Of a stretch of 64,000 nucleotides of DNA, positions 14,813 to 27,978 are shown in pieces. The stretch spans positions 60,140,001-60,204,000 of the forward strand of contig OX597831.1 in NCBI GenBank assembly GCA_951406725.2, written 5' to 3'. Position 1 is the first letter of the stretch; each line of letters starts with the position of its first letter. The position numbers and the translations under genes are program-made. The notes under the pieces were generated by a model, which ran no database searches, had not been told where the DNA came from, and worked only from the letters and a program-made list of their open reading frames with translations. Origin of the DNA: Octopus vulgaris (lineage: Eukaryota).

Positions 14813-15040
14813 TATACATAATAATAAATATTAGGGAATAAATCCAATTTTATAGTAAAATATTATATAATATTAATTAGAGACAAAACCACTATTTTGC
14901 AAAACAAACAAGGAAAGACTTAATCAATACATAAAATTTTCATAAAAAGTTAAAAAAACCGCCACTACAATTGTTTCTTGTCCTGATCGACAATCTTCAG
15001 GTGGATTTCCAATTTACAAGTCAGTTTCAAATTAATATTA
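14640..15040. mobile_element. Two related PLE pLTR fragments tail-to-tail across a (TA)n tract
   Basis: 14640-14727 is an imperfect reverse complement of 14875-14940; the right fragment carries a hammerhead. Confidence 0.6.
14962..15004 (-). ncRNA. Minimal type I hammerhead ribozyme, canonical core
   Basis: CCAC-CUGAAGA-UUGUC(GAUCAG)GACAA-GAAA-CAAUUG-UA-GUGG: stem I 4 bp, stem II 5 bp, palindromic stem III, GUA cleavage triplet. Confidence 0.85.
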
Positions 15041-15049
15041 TACATATAC

Positions 15050-15117
<68 letters not shown>

Positions 15118-15123
15118 ACATAC

Positions 15124-15180
<57 letters not shown>

Positions 15181-15871
15181 CACATATATATATATATATA
15201 TTATGAATGTATATATGTATGTATGTATGTATATATATATATTTATATATATATGATGATATATATATAAATGTATGGGTATATATATATACACACATAC
15301 ACATAGATTCTCATGCCTACATTTATCTGTTCGTGTATGCATGTACATATGCAGATATTATGTAAGTGGTCATTGTAATGAAGCCAAGTAACTGATTGCC
15401 TGTTTCTGTGCCTCTCTTTTCAGCATACTTTTCTTCCGACTTATACTTATGCGCAATTCTTTATTCTGCGATGACGTTTTTAGCACTTTGATTGCTTTAA
15501 TATATTTTTGCAGCATATTTAATAACTATATTTGCTGGTTGCATATTTCGTTTTCTCACTTATGTTCACTGATGACATCATTTAAATACCTTAATGTCTA
15601 TTAGCTACAATTATAATTTCGATTGTTATTTTCTTGCTGTGTTACCTGACATGCCAATTTAATTTAGCGACATAATTTCATCATTGGACAACACACGTGT
15701 TCTCTTCTTTCGCTGCGACACCAACGTTTTGAAATTTTTACTCTGGTAACTCACATGTTTTAGTGAAATATATTTATATAGGTTTGTGGAAAAGTCTTAG
15801 GAATGGTGTGTGATTCATTCTTAAAACATATTTGACACATCGGAAAAAATATAATACGAATAGTATTCGCA

Positions 15872-16099
15872 ATATAGGAGACACTGAAAAAGTTTCTGGC
15901 TTTGTGTATAAAAAAGACAAACACAAGAGGATCAGTTAACAATGATTTTATTCAAAATAATCTTCACTCAAGTTCGCATACTTATTGCAGCTGGCCTTCA
16001 GTCTTTCTAAGCCCCGTAAAAGAACTAGGAACGATGGGCCTTCAAACAGGCCCTTCGCAACATCCTTAAATTCGGGAAATTTTCAGAACCTCTTCGTAT
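15872..16099. mobile_element. mariner-derived MITE, degenerate
   Basis: Imperfect TIRs TATAGGAGACACTGAAAAAGTTTCTGG / CGGGAAATTTTCAGAACCTCTTCGTA. Confidence 0.5.
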
Positions 16100-16937
16100 G
16101 AACACACATATAGCGTTGAGCTTGCAGAATTTTTTGTGCCGGGTAAAACGTTCAGTGGCATTTCGTCTCTCTTTATCTTCTGCGTTCAAGTTCTGCTTGT
16201 CATCCTTTAAGAGTCGATAAAATTATTAATAGTTGAGAATTGAGATCAATGTTCTCAGGATAATAATAAATAATCATTATTGCTTACTGTGTAATATTGT
16301 TTTTCTAACTATACAGAGTACGGTATACTATAAAGGTTATACTCGATAAAATTATATTATTTCGAAAGAAGTTTAGACCGCAACAATATCAGACATTGCG
16401 TAATGTATAAATACAAACGGGGCTCTTCAACAATGGAAGTGTTAATAAACATGCATTATATATGTGGTCATGAAGTTATAAATATCCTTGCACTCCAAAG
16501 TCATTTGACCAGTTACACTCGGGAAATGTTTCTTTTGTAAATAACTTCAGATGTGATCAACGAAGTTCATTCCAAACCCAGGATCTTAAAACGGGATTAA
16601 TTCTAGCCACATTTGATGATTAAAAGCCTTCATGTATAAGAAAAGTATTTAGACTAAGTCAATATGTCCCTCGTTATCTGACTGCTTCACACCTTCAAGA
16701 AAGAGTTGTCCGTCGCATATCATTGAAGAGCAAACATCCTACGGAATAGATATATTGTCCTCTCTATTACTATTATCAATTTGCCGCTTAATTAGGTTAT
16801 TAACGCGACATGATGACCAAATTATGAGGTAAAATCTATATGATACATAGGGAAATACATCTTTAAAGATACAATCAGACAGGCCGCTCATCTGTATCTC
16901 ACGATATCACACAAGTGTGTGTATGAGGTGATATCCA

Positions 16938-16983
16938 TCTATCTATCTATCTATCTATCTATTTATTTATCTATCTATCTATC

Positions 16984-17034
<51 letters not shown>

Positions 17035-17047
17035 CTATCTATCTCTA
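16938..17047. repeat. (ATCT)n tetranucleotide repeat (also 24003-24080 and 45730-45880)
   Basis: Array seen directly. Confidence 0.96.
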
Positions 17048-17124
17048 TACATACATGCACATACACAGATACATGCATATATACACGCATATATATATAT
17101 ATAAATGTATATATACAATCAAAA

Positions 17125-17320
17125 TGTGTACCGTTGGTGATTTTTTCCTCCATCTTCTCTTCTTGGATCTTTCCTTGTCTTACGTTTCGGACGAAGAGCG
17201 CCGCTCGAAACGTTACATCCTCCTCCTTTCCTTCCTTTACTGAGCGTCTAATAATACTATACGTGTTCCACGTCCTCGCATTGTGTTTTCTCTTTGTGTT
17301 TTCATGTTTGGATTAACTAT
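17125..17320 (+). mobile_element. PLE pLTR-like fragment with decayed hammerhead (17181-17219)
   Basis: CGGACGA-A-GAGC(GCC)GCTC-GAAA-CG-TT; U4G core change, weak stem I; ends in (TA)n. Confidence 0.5.
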
Positions 17321-17324
17321 ATAT

Positions 17325-17400
<76 letters not shown>

Positions 17401-17439
17401 CAATTTGGGGTCAATGAATCTCGAACATCTTAAATGCCC

Positions 17440-17640
17440 TGAATAATGGTTTTACATTTTGGCAGGTAGATATCAATTCCACGAGTGGAAAATGGATTAC
17501 GTCAACCAGTGTTTAGTTGGTACTTATATTATCAACTTCGACAGGATGACAAAGAATGTCGACCTGAACGGAGTTTGAACTTATAGTCTTGCGTTAAGCA
17601 TTTTGCCGAGCGTGCAACAATTCTACCAGATCTCAGCCTT
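17440..17640 (-). mobile_element. Degenerate SINE family A copy
   Basis: TGGTACTTAT.TTATC.AC...GTCGACC...TTTGAACT...TAAGCATTTTGCC.AGCGTGC similarity. Confidence 0.65.
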
Positions 17641-18757
17641 AATATATTTGTAACTGATAGCATGTAAATATTGGATTAAGAAATTTGTTTCGATAAAATA
17701 TGATAGAACTTACTAGTGGATGCCATAAATCATACATTGTCTGCTCTTTGACTTACTCTTCCTTAAGTTTGATTGCCCTGATTCAGTGCGTGTGTGCTAA
17801 ATGTTGGTATTCTGGTACTTATGTAACCGATGTTTGACCTTGATAGCTCAAGTTTTCTTCCTTGCTACAAAGTAAATATTTCAAATCGGGTGGCGGATTA
17901 CACAGAAAACGAAAAAAAAATAACAATGACTGCTGATTTGATATCTCTGGTCTGAAGGGTTGTGTGGTGTTGAAATTCATAGCAGTTTCTTTCTGTAAAA
18001 TACGGGTACAGAGACCAACCGTGTAAGAAATGAGCATCAGTGGTTAAAGAATTTTAAATATTTCGAGGTAAAAGTAGAGAAATACGAGGAAGCAGGATGC
18101 CCATGAAAGATCAAAAAATGGTGAGATGGTCTGGCGAACCGGTGAGTTGTCACTGCTGGGATTGCATATTGGATACATTTCTGTATGTGTATATCTGCAT
18201 ATGGGCGGGCATCTGTATGTGGGAATGTATACACGATGCACGATGCACATATTACCCGTGTGATATACCATTAAGCTAAATATTTACAGCAAGCACTCAG
18301 TAATAAATATAGAAACGTGCTTTCGATACTCATATCTAGGCAAATACATTCTCTTAAAAATACATTAATGCCATCAGAAGGAGCAGTTTTTAAGGAACAA
18401 GGCTGAAAGCAATATATGGGCCAATAAACCTGCATCGATTCCTCTACCTTCAGAAAGTTCGGAAAGCCAATTACATATTGATGTAAAAGAGCATAAAATA
18501 TCATCCATGTAAGTACAGTTAAAAATTCTGAATAATGTACTTCATAGGACAGAAGCATTTAGAAGAAATACGTGATGTATGATATGATGTTGTTTCGAAA
18601 TTCTATGTATAGCACTACTACATTTTTTCGATGTTTAGCGCCAATGACAGTTAGCTAAACGTTACGTGATTCTCCTTCTTCTTCTTCTTCTTCTTCTTCT
18701 TCTTCTTCTTCTTCTTCTTCTTCTTCTTCTTCTTTCTGTTCTCCTTCTTCTTCATTA

Positions 18758-18804
<47 letters not shown>

Positions 18805-19112
18805 GAGTGAAAGAGCAGTGCATTCCATCAAAGTGACACTGGGGTAAAATATACGAAGCCCAATATACCCATCATGACTACCCGTCTGATAAAGGTACAC
18901 CAGGCACATGCATCACAACCATATGTGCGCGACATGGTGATCTCATATCAAGATAAACAGCACATGACCTTGCAGGTGGGGCCCAGTTAGAATTTTCTTC
19001 AGGTTGAGTAGCCCATCCCGCTCAAAAGTTCCCTGAATAAGGGTTGTTTAAGGATGTTGAAAGAACCACCCATGTTTCCAGAGGTGAATTATTCAAACCC
19101 CCCAAGAGTCCC
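18805..19112. mobile_element. ~308-bp interspersed element flanked on both sides by (TTA)n
   Basis: Complex, higher-GC insert inside a TTA array next to an R4/Dong-like LINE; no coding capacity. Confidence 0.5.
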
Positions 19113-19168
<56 letters not shown>

Positions 19169-19172
19169 GTTA

Positions 19173-20145
19173 TTCAGTAGTCGAATTTTTACCATATGCT
19201 TTCACTGCACCACAAGCGCAGCTCAGTCTGCCTTCGGTATGTGATTTGCTTTGTTGTGATATGTGCAGGGCCTTGTAGTGGTATTTGCTGTATGTTATAT
19301 ATAACTTGTTAAGTCCTCGTATTTCTGTTATGTATTTCTTTCAATGTTTTTTATTCTACGTATTGCACCTATTATGATATAAATTCATTTTGTGCTTTAG
19401 GCTCCACATTTCAGTAACCTATATTGCTAGGTCTTTATATTTTGAAAATTTCTCCGTCTCTTTTAGAGAAATATAATCATCGGTTGGTATTGATACATCG
19501 ATTAGAAAATATTCTGTTTCTTGGTGAAATCTTACAACTATAATCGGCCTTTTGGCATTAATTTCTCTATTTATGTGTATTGGCACATTCCAGAGTATGG
19601 TGGCTTTTTCATTTTCTGTGACCTTTGATAGCGTGTGAATATATCATCTTTTTTCTGCAGTTATTCCATAGTATTGGCATATAGTCCAGTGTATATAGGT
19701 CCCAACTCTGCCGTGTTTGTGAATATATTTCTTCTTAGCCAGGATTGGGCAGCCAGAGACAATATGATTTATTGTTTCTTCTTCATCCCTACATATTCTG
19801 CAGTTACTTGTTTTATTTATTTTCATGGTGTGTTCTTGGTGATTTCTGATGGGAAGGCTTTAATCTTGTGCAACAATTAAAATTACTCCAGTGTTTGATT
19901 TGAGTCCTGAGCTTCTCAGCCAGTGTTGGGATTTTTCTATATCCATTTCTCATCTCTTTCGTTTAACCCAATATTTGCCATGAAGAGCAAGCGTTTTATC
20001 ATGATCCATTGCTATTCCAGTTTTAGTTTCGATATCAGTTCTTTTACAGCTTTTATTGTTTCTTCTTTTCCTTCAGAGTTGCTAGGTTCGTTGACTTTGT
20101 TCTTTGATTTGTCAGCTTCTTTAAAGCCTGACAACAGTCTTTTAG
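19173..20145 (-). mobile_element. R4/Dong-like non-LTR retrotransposon 3' remnant (CCHC knuckle + restriction-like endonuclease)
   Basis: Minus: CRICRDEEETINHIVSGCPILAKKKYIHKH, ENEKATILWNVPI, RPIIVV, LIDVSIP, EKFSKYKDL, QIPLQGPAHI; 3' end abuts (TAA)n, the known Dong target. Confidence 0.85.
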
Positions 20146-20621
20146 TTCGTGTTTTGTGGGTATCTGCATTAGTTTCCAGCACCAACATTATTGCAAGAAC
20201 CTCTTACATCCTCGTTACCATAGCGATAATATTTATAGTCAACGTTACCATGGCAATACTGCGGCTTCTAACGTTAGTAAATCATCGCCAGATCGGTTGG
20301 TTGCTTGGGCTTCTGCTTATTTTCTTCTATTTAGAAATAATAGGCCAGGTATGGCAAAGCTCACACTGGTAGGGACTTAAATTCAAAGTGCCGCGCGTGG
20401 CGTATGAAAATACCAGTTCTTCCTACAAAGATATAACGAAAGATGTTTCCTTAATGAGTTGAAGAATAGTATGATTCTACCTCGCTTATCTTTTGAGGTA
20501 AAATTATGGAATATTGGAATGCGGTAGGCTACCCCACATCCTTGTACAGCTGCCAGATAATGAACAGATGGGATTTCAAGTAAATTATGTTAGACACTAT
20601 TATGTCCATTTAATTTATAAG

Positions 20622-20922
20622 TGGAGGCACATGGCCTAATGGTTAGAGCAGCGGATTCGCGGTCGAGGAATTGCGGGATCGAATCTCAGACCGGGCGATG
20701 TGTGTGTTTATGAGCGAAACACCTAAGCTCCACACGGTTCCGGCAGAAGGTAATGGCGAACTTCTGCTGACTCTTTCGCCAACCTTGTCTCAGTCTTTCC
20801 TCCTGCATCTTGCAGCTCACCTGCGATGGACCAGCGTCCCGTCCAGGTGGGGAACCTATACGCCAAGGAAACCGAAAAACCGACCCTTATGAGCCAGGCA
20901 TGGCTCGAGAAGGAACAAACAA
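20622..20922 (+). mobile_element. tRNA(Arg-like)-derived SINE with V-domain-like body (family B)
   Basis: A box TGGCCTAATGG, B box GGATCGAATC, CCTGCGATGGACCAGCGTCCCGTCCAGG; TSD ATT(T/C)AATTTATAAG at 20608-20621 and 20923-20936. Confidence 0.85.
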
Positions 20923-22666
20923 ATTCAATTTATAAGCCACAGTCGGACGATATGACAAGTCGTATTTACAGCATTACATTTCTTCCCAAATAAGTTTTGC
21001 GTAGATATATTTTATGTTCACATGCATTATATAACTTGTAACTTACTTATGAATACTGTTTCTTGCACTTTTATCTCAAATGTTATATCACCACAGGCTA
21101 ATACATCAGCCACTTAGCATTTGTATGATGGGTAAGATGCGAATATTTAACATGTTATTAGCCACAGATTGATAATTATAGCGTCTGATGAAGTGAACAT
21201 GTTTTAATAATACATGTCAAACATATCTCCTGAATTCCAGTTAGATTTACCATTGGAAATCTAAATTAAATTATCCTCTATTGTATTGATCGGTATTATA
21301 ATTATTGTATTAAGTACTGATCAATATATAACAACGAAACCCCTCGAGGCAATTGAATTCAGATGATAGAGTGATGGAAAGAAATATTGAAAATGATTCA
21401 GTATAATTCTCTTAAAACACATTTCCCCCTGCTGTCTGTCATATATCACTGAATTTCAAATCAAGTGAATATTTATCATAAAGCCATTTTCATTGTAACG
21501 ACTTCGAATAATGTTACAAATATTAAATATTTTTCGACGGAATAAGGAATAAAGATTCGCAGCTTTCTAGACATTCTCAGAGAAAAATAGAAGCGGACAA
21601 AAGATAACACCAAAGTTTGCAATAAACATTGACTATCACTTCATACTTTAGGAAATGTATTGAAAAATGGGCAAAACACACAGAAGGTCAATGATCAACG
21701 TCTTCTCCCGCTTTGCAAGAAAGATTTCTGTTCATTCTTTTCAGCAATGTTATTTATAACGTAATAGTAAATGTCATATAAAGCAATATATTCGTATTCA
21801 TTGTGGATGATGATATCCTCAAAACTTCAATACATAAATATATCTTATATTGATATGCATTCCTTATTTTTTCTTTTTGTTTCGAGCAGCCACTTCAACA
21901 TCTAGTATAAAGAGGAAAAAACAGTCATACATACAAACCGCGCGCATACACGCGTACAATTGCAGACACTCACACACACACACACACGTAAATGTGCACA
22001 CACACTCTCACACAGACACATAGACACTCTCACACAGACACATAGACACTCACACACAGACACACATATACACGCACAGTTTATCATTCAGGAGAGTAGC
22101 TTCAATTTTCAATTTATTGCTGCCTTTATTTCATTTCTGAGTGTGATTCTCAGTATTTCATTGCTGCAACTAAATCGTCATGATTAGTTATTATTTATTC
22201 CCTCGCATTCAAAATAATTGTAAAATAACAATTTGATTGATTTTATAGCTAAAATACAGGAAAATTACAAAATAAAACAAGTATAACAAGGCTTAATAAC
22301 CGTAAAGTAATAAACAAAAACAAGTGTAATTAAAGAAATATTATCATAAATACAATATGTGATATCATTTTAAAAAACGTAGTCAGATATAATAAAAATA
22401 CATAAACAGCCAAACTTCTGATTTTTAATCCAAAGTTCGTGATTAGATGTTCGAGTAATTTATAATATTTTGTTAGTTAATCAAACAGAACATACGGGGT
22501 GTATTTTCTTTTCTCAGGAAAATCGGCATGTGATTTCTTTATTTGGATCTTTTTTAGCGTAAATCACACACGACATTGTTTAGCATTTTTCCGAATGAAA
22601 TATATATATATATATATATATTTGGTACTGTCGCTCTAATAATCCAATAGTGCTAACAGTGGAAAA

Positions 22667-23676
22667 TACGATGTGTTACAAAAAGTTTACAGGTGTAATT
22701 ATGCTGAATAAAAACTAACTTATTTGCCTGTTTTCACGTCATTGCTTTGAAAATAGTCACCTTACGCAGGATAACAATGGACCCAGCATTCCTGCTACAG
22801 GTAGATTCCATCCTGGGTGTGGCTTCCCTAAGTGAGATGAGGACCTTCTACAATTCGGTCTTCGATAATGGCGTTAAAACGGCAACATTTGAGCTGTATT
22901 TTCATATTGGGGAAGCGCTAGAGGTCAACAAGTGCTAAATCTGGAGAATAAGGCAGATGTTGACGCGATACTATGTTGTTTTAGGTGACAACATCTCAAG
23001 GTTTGAGAGCTCGGTGAAAAATACAATTCTTCGCGCTCCACAAAACGCCTCAAACAGTCGCACTATAACGCTCGATTAACTGTCTGGGCCTGGATGTCAA
23101 TTTTCCGATGCACAATATTATATTTCCGCTTGTGGCAGTTCTTCTAGGGACGTTTCCCACCTTTTGATGCGCCTGCGACACTCAAAATAATGCGTACGAT
23201 CCTGTACATCGTCACCGTTACATTCAGGAAGCATACTCAATGTCTCTGTAGCAGACGTCCCAAATTGATCGCGAAATTTCACATTGGCATTTTGTTCTTC
23301 TCTATGAGAAAATAGCAAAACACAGTATACACGTAATCACAAAAACACAAAAAAATTTTACAGCATGCGAAGTAAACACATCATCATCATTGTTCGACCG
23401 TGGTCGAGACTTTCCTCCTCTATGAAATAAAGCTGTTCCCGCTGGACGTCAACCCAGTATTTCTAAGCTACGGACCGAGTGATTTATTGTAAGGTTATCT
23501 CCCTAGATAGATTGCCTTCACTACGAGTAAGGAGCCCTTTCTTCCCCACAGCTATGTCGCTAAATACACTGCCTCAAGAAGAACTCTGCTAGCTCTCATT
23601 GCGCACGCAACCGTGTGCTGCCGTCTGTGGACGCATTACAGAACAAGTCCTGAAACATTTTCATATTACCTCGTAT
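22667..23676 (-). mobile_element. Degenerate, internally deleted mariner
   Basis: ORF 23118-23318 EQNANVKF...SATETLSML..CNGDD..DRTHYFECRRRIKRWETSLEE matches a mariner HTH N-terminus; weak TIRs TACGATGTGTTACAAAAAGTTTACAGG / CCTGAAACATTTTCATATTACCTCGTA. Confidence 0.7.
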
Positions 23677-23894
23677 TAGAAGGCGTGATATGGCAGAAAC
23701 GTTAGCACGCAGAATGAAATGTTTAGCGGTATTTCGTGTGTCTTTACGTTCTGAGTTCAAATTCCACCGAGGTCGACTTTGCCGGCCATATTTTCGGGGT
23801 CGATAAATTAAATACCAGTTGCGTACTGGCGTCGATCTAATTGATTTAATCCGCTCCACCAAAATTTCGGGCCTTCTGCCTAGAGTAAGAATGG
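23677..23894 (+). mobile_element. SINE family A copy inserted at the mariner TIR
   Basis: AGGCGTGATATGGCAGAAACGTTAGCACG head; 14-bp TSD ATATTACCTCGTAT at 23663-23676 and 23895-23908. Confidence 0.85.
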
Positions 23895-24003
23895 ATATTA
23901 CCTCGTATCTATAAATCAATTTGCAAATTTACCTAATTACATCTATCTATCGCGCCATCTATGTATGTATGTATGTATGTATGTATGTATGTATGTATGT
24001 ATG

Positions 24004-24064
<61 letters not shown>

Positions 24065-24077
24065 CTCTATCTATCTA

Positions 24078-24124
<47 letters not shown>

Positions 24125-24128
<4 letters not shown>

Positions 24129-24380
24129 GTAAAAGTAATATGTGACAATTATTCGGTAGCCATGATAAAACTACGAGTTTCAGATGCCGGGGTGGAGATC
24201 CACGCCACCATCTCTTCATTTATCAGAGAGATGCCGCCGTGGATTTCCACCTCGGCATCCGAAACTCGGAGTTTTAACATGGCTACCGAATAATTGTCAC
24301 ATATTACATTTACAGATGAATTCCTCTATTTACATGGTATCGAAGTCTATTTCTTTTTGTTATCTTACCGTTTTTTTATA
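24125..24380. mobile_element. Palindromic mini-element (inverted PLE pLTR ends with hammerhead-like motif and one-sided tail)
   Basis: 24125-24317 is a near-perfect inverted repeat with ~80-90 bp arms; hammerhead fold on minus at 24164-24224; (TA)n on both flanks. Confidence 0.7.
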
Positions 24381-24381
24381 A

Positions 24382-24442
<61 letters not shown>

Positions 24443-24556
24443 CCATACCTGTTCACACCCTCTCACAAACACATTCGCATATTTATATATATGCATATAT
24501 GCGAAATTTTCCCCTGAGGTTACATGCATATGGGCATATTGTGTACAAATAATATA

Positions 24557-24992
24557 TCTCTCTATATAAACGGCAGTTTGTCTGTCTGTGTGCCTGTGTG
24601 TCTGTCAGGTTGTACCCTCACCCTGACCACGGCTTTCAACCGATTCTGATGAAACTTGACACACACATAGCTCAATGTCGTAATTCTAAACTAACGCAGT
24701 GAAAATTTTGAAAGGTCCCCCAGTTCTGAAACAATCGATGAATTCGACATGGGGTCGAGAATCTAAGCTTTTTATATGCAACACATTTTCTGTCTAGGGG
24801 ACACAACTCGACCTTTTTCTCACCCAAAGGGACAGCTAGGAACATCGTATACACAGAAGTATTCGAGCGAAGAGAAGACATTGCAACCTACACATGCGCC
24901 TTCGTTCCCTAGAGGGAAAGGACTAGATCGGGATTAGTCGTTGCCTACTAGGGGCTCTTACATACCCGGGCAACGCCGGGCTATGCTGCTAG
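24557..24992 (+). mobile_element. Non-autonomous Helitron
   Basis: A|TCTCTCTATATAAACGGCAG 5' end, (TCTG/TG) tract, 3' hairpin CCCGGGCAACGCCGGG then CTAG|T. Confidence 0.8.
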
Positions 24993-25220
24993 TACACACA
25001 TAAAAGCATGTGTGTATATATATATATATGCATGCGCCTGTATATATTTATATGAGTGTGTGCAAATTTGTATGTATATATACATACATATATATATATA
25101 TATATGCACACATACATATATATGCATATTTATATATACATACATACACACAGGCTTTTATGTGTCTATACATTTTTATACAATATGCCCACATGCATGT
25201 GACCTCAGAGAAAAATATCG

Positions 25221-25267
<47 letters not shown>

Positions 25268-26480
25268 AAGCGCGGAATCGAAAATCCTTCTCGGCCGCAT
25301 TCAGCGAAAACGCCAAATTAATTGTAGCATTTGTGAATCTTTTCAAAAGCCACGTGATTCTCGCCAGCTCTATGCTCTGACAAGAAGTCGTTGCACTCGA
25401 TACAGGAATCATTGAATAAAGCTTACACTGAGTATAACTATCCCCTGGTGTTGGAATTACAATGTCTCATGCATTTGTGTGTGTTTTGGTGCCCAATAAT
25501 TTTGGTAAATTATTCTTTCTTAGATTACGTTATTTTAATATCTGATAAGACTTAATTCTTCAAACAGATTTACGGTGATTGTATTACAGTTAGCATTGTA
25601 GCACATTTTTGCAAGATGATTTCTTTTCAAAACCTGCATGACCATACTTCAACATGGTAACCAATTCAGAATAATCTAATCCCTGACACTATATAAAACA
25701 TCATTTTAATTGTAACACTTGGTTAATGGGTCGAATACACTCACTTTGAGGGATTTCTTCACTACGGTTGAGCAGGATGATCCCAAACATGAAATCAAGA
25801 AGCATAGGTCAGAAAACAGCAATAATTATATATCCATTTGAACTCATAACACGAGATGTGTCTTTCAACATGGAGCTTATTGCACATAAGAAGCTTAAAT
25901 CCGTGAATTTTATTCTAATTTAATCCTATCTACACAATGACTATCTTTATAACAAATATATATCTTCTTTGAATAATTCCACCGCAATGTAATTAAATTA
26001 TGAATATATGAATGAAAAATGAAGTTATGGCTAAAAGAAGCAAAATATTAATTAACATCCACCTTACTAAATTAATCAGTTTACGATCATACACTATATC
26101 AATATAGTCCTACATTGTATTTTCTCATATAATGCTGTCTTAAGGATAAAATTAATACAGAAAACTATTATCCTAAACTAATATAAAAATCAAATGAAAA
26201 TGGTTATATATATATGACGATGTAAAATTATCAGTACTTTGATCACATCGTTAATTAAATTATAAACAAATTGAGTTATTCATTCAACAATCTAGAACTA
26301 TAAATTAATTTTGTAGATCATATATTCATAAATTCATGAAATACAGTGACTCCCGCACAATCCACAGTCAATTTGTGTAGATTCCATTGAATATAAAATA
26401 TTTCTTGAACATTTTCCATAAGTTTGAATTTATATATAGACAAACTCCCACACACGCACGAACATATCTTCACTTACACG

Positions 26481-26511
<31 letters not shown>

Positions 26512-27088
26512 GTCCAGACACTCAGATATACACACAAACACACGCACATATTAAACAAAAATAATGTTTTGCAAACACCTCTGCTAGCGGAGTCTCTATT
26601 AATTTCTTTGTAAGCGTGTCATGTCTGAACATGTGTATATGTGTCTGTATCAAGACGTGTATACCAGTTTTAATGCATACCGCGAATGTTTTTAATGTAT
26701 GCGTTTGAAGTCTGAATTGTGGGCGTGAGAGAACACGTGCAAACGTTGTTTCATGACTCATCCTTTTTACCATAAATGAATGATATTATTTTTAAACTAT
26801 TGTTGACCATTACAAAGGAATGTATAACATTCCTTAGGCATTTTTTGTGAAAATTTTGTTTTGAGAATTTATAGCACGCTGTTTTATAATACACGAAATT
26901 AAAGCATGTGGTGCATCTTTTGATTTACATAAATAATCTGAATATTTTCATACTATCTAATCTATCTATCTAGATAGATACATACATACAAACAAAAGTG
27001 TGTATATATATATATATATATTTACACATACACCCCCACACACACATATATATACATATATATGCACATATATATGCATATATATATG

Positions 27089-27134
<46 letters not shown>

Positions 27135-27890
27135 AACACAGTTATATATATGTATGTATGCATATATATATGTAGGAAGAAAGAACAGATTAAAGATACA
27201 CACACACATACATACACACATATATACAAATCAAAAATGAAAGACAAATTAAAACCAAAGTCAAAAGGACGTACACCGTGAATGTATCAGGCTGAGGCAC
27301 AGTTTAAGTTGGAACAGTGAGTTTGCGTGTGACGTCTCGAGCATGACTCCTTTTCGGAAAATGGAACGCGTAAAGGTTAGGAGAGAATGAAAGATAGTTC
27401 AGGAAAAGTACGTATCTCGTTGCAAATCTAAATATATTTGTGCGTATATATGTATATATTAATCGTCCGTATGGAGTTTACAATGCGTATGCAACAGCTG
27501 TAATATTGTGTGTAGTATATACTTGAGAATGACTTCAATACGCTGAATGTAAGATGGTCCTGTTCGAATATGGTTGCTTTTTCTTAGCGAAAAACAAAAC
27601 AACCTCAGACATACTGAGCTGGGCCAACATCTTCGCTTCGATAATCAGTATACAAAAATCTTTAAGGACCCGTTTGTCTTTTTGAATGACCCGTTTGTCT
27701 TTTTGTTCGTCCCTTCGTGTATTTCACGTTATTTATTTATGTAAAGGTTTATTATATATTTCGCAGCGTACGTGCATAATAACTTCTTTATGTTTATCAT
27801 ATCAAAACCCCTGCACGATGTCTTTAAACTATTTTCTTTCCTTCGCCATTGCTTCGTTGCCAAATTGTTTTGGCGCCTTTTTCTCCCAGC

Positions 27891-27978
27891 CTCTCTGATT
27901 CCTTCTCTCCCTCTTTCTCTTGGTCACTGCTTCTTCTCTGATTCCTTCTCTCCCTCTCTCTCTCGGTCACTGCTTCTG
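27891..27978 (+). repeat. Two-copy ~44-bp CT-rich tandem duplication
   Basis: CTCTGATTCCTTCTCTCCCTCT(T/C)TCTCT(T/C)GGTCACTGCTTCT x2. Confidence 0.85.

Noticed and set aside
20622-20695. tRNA-like sequences here and at 55925
   Set aside because: SINE heads: no complete cloverleaf, followed by a SINE body (and a TSD for the 20622 copy)
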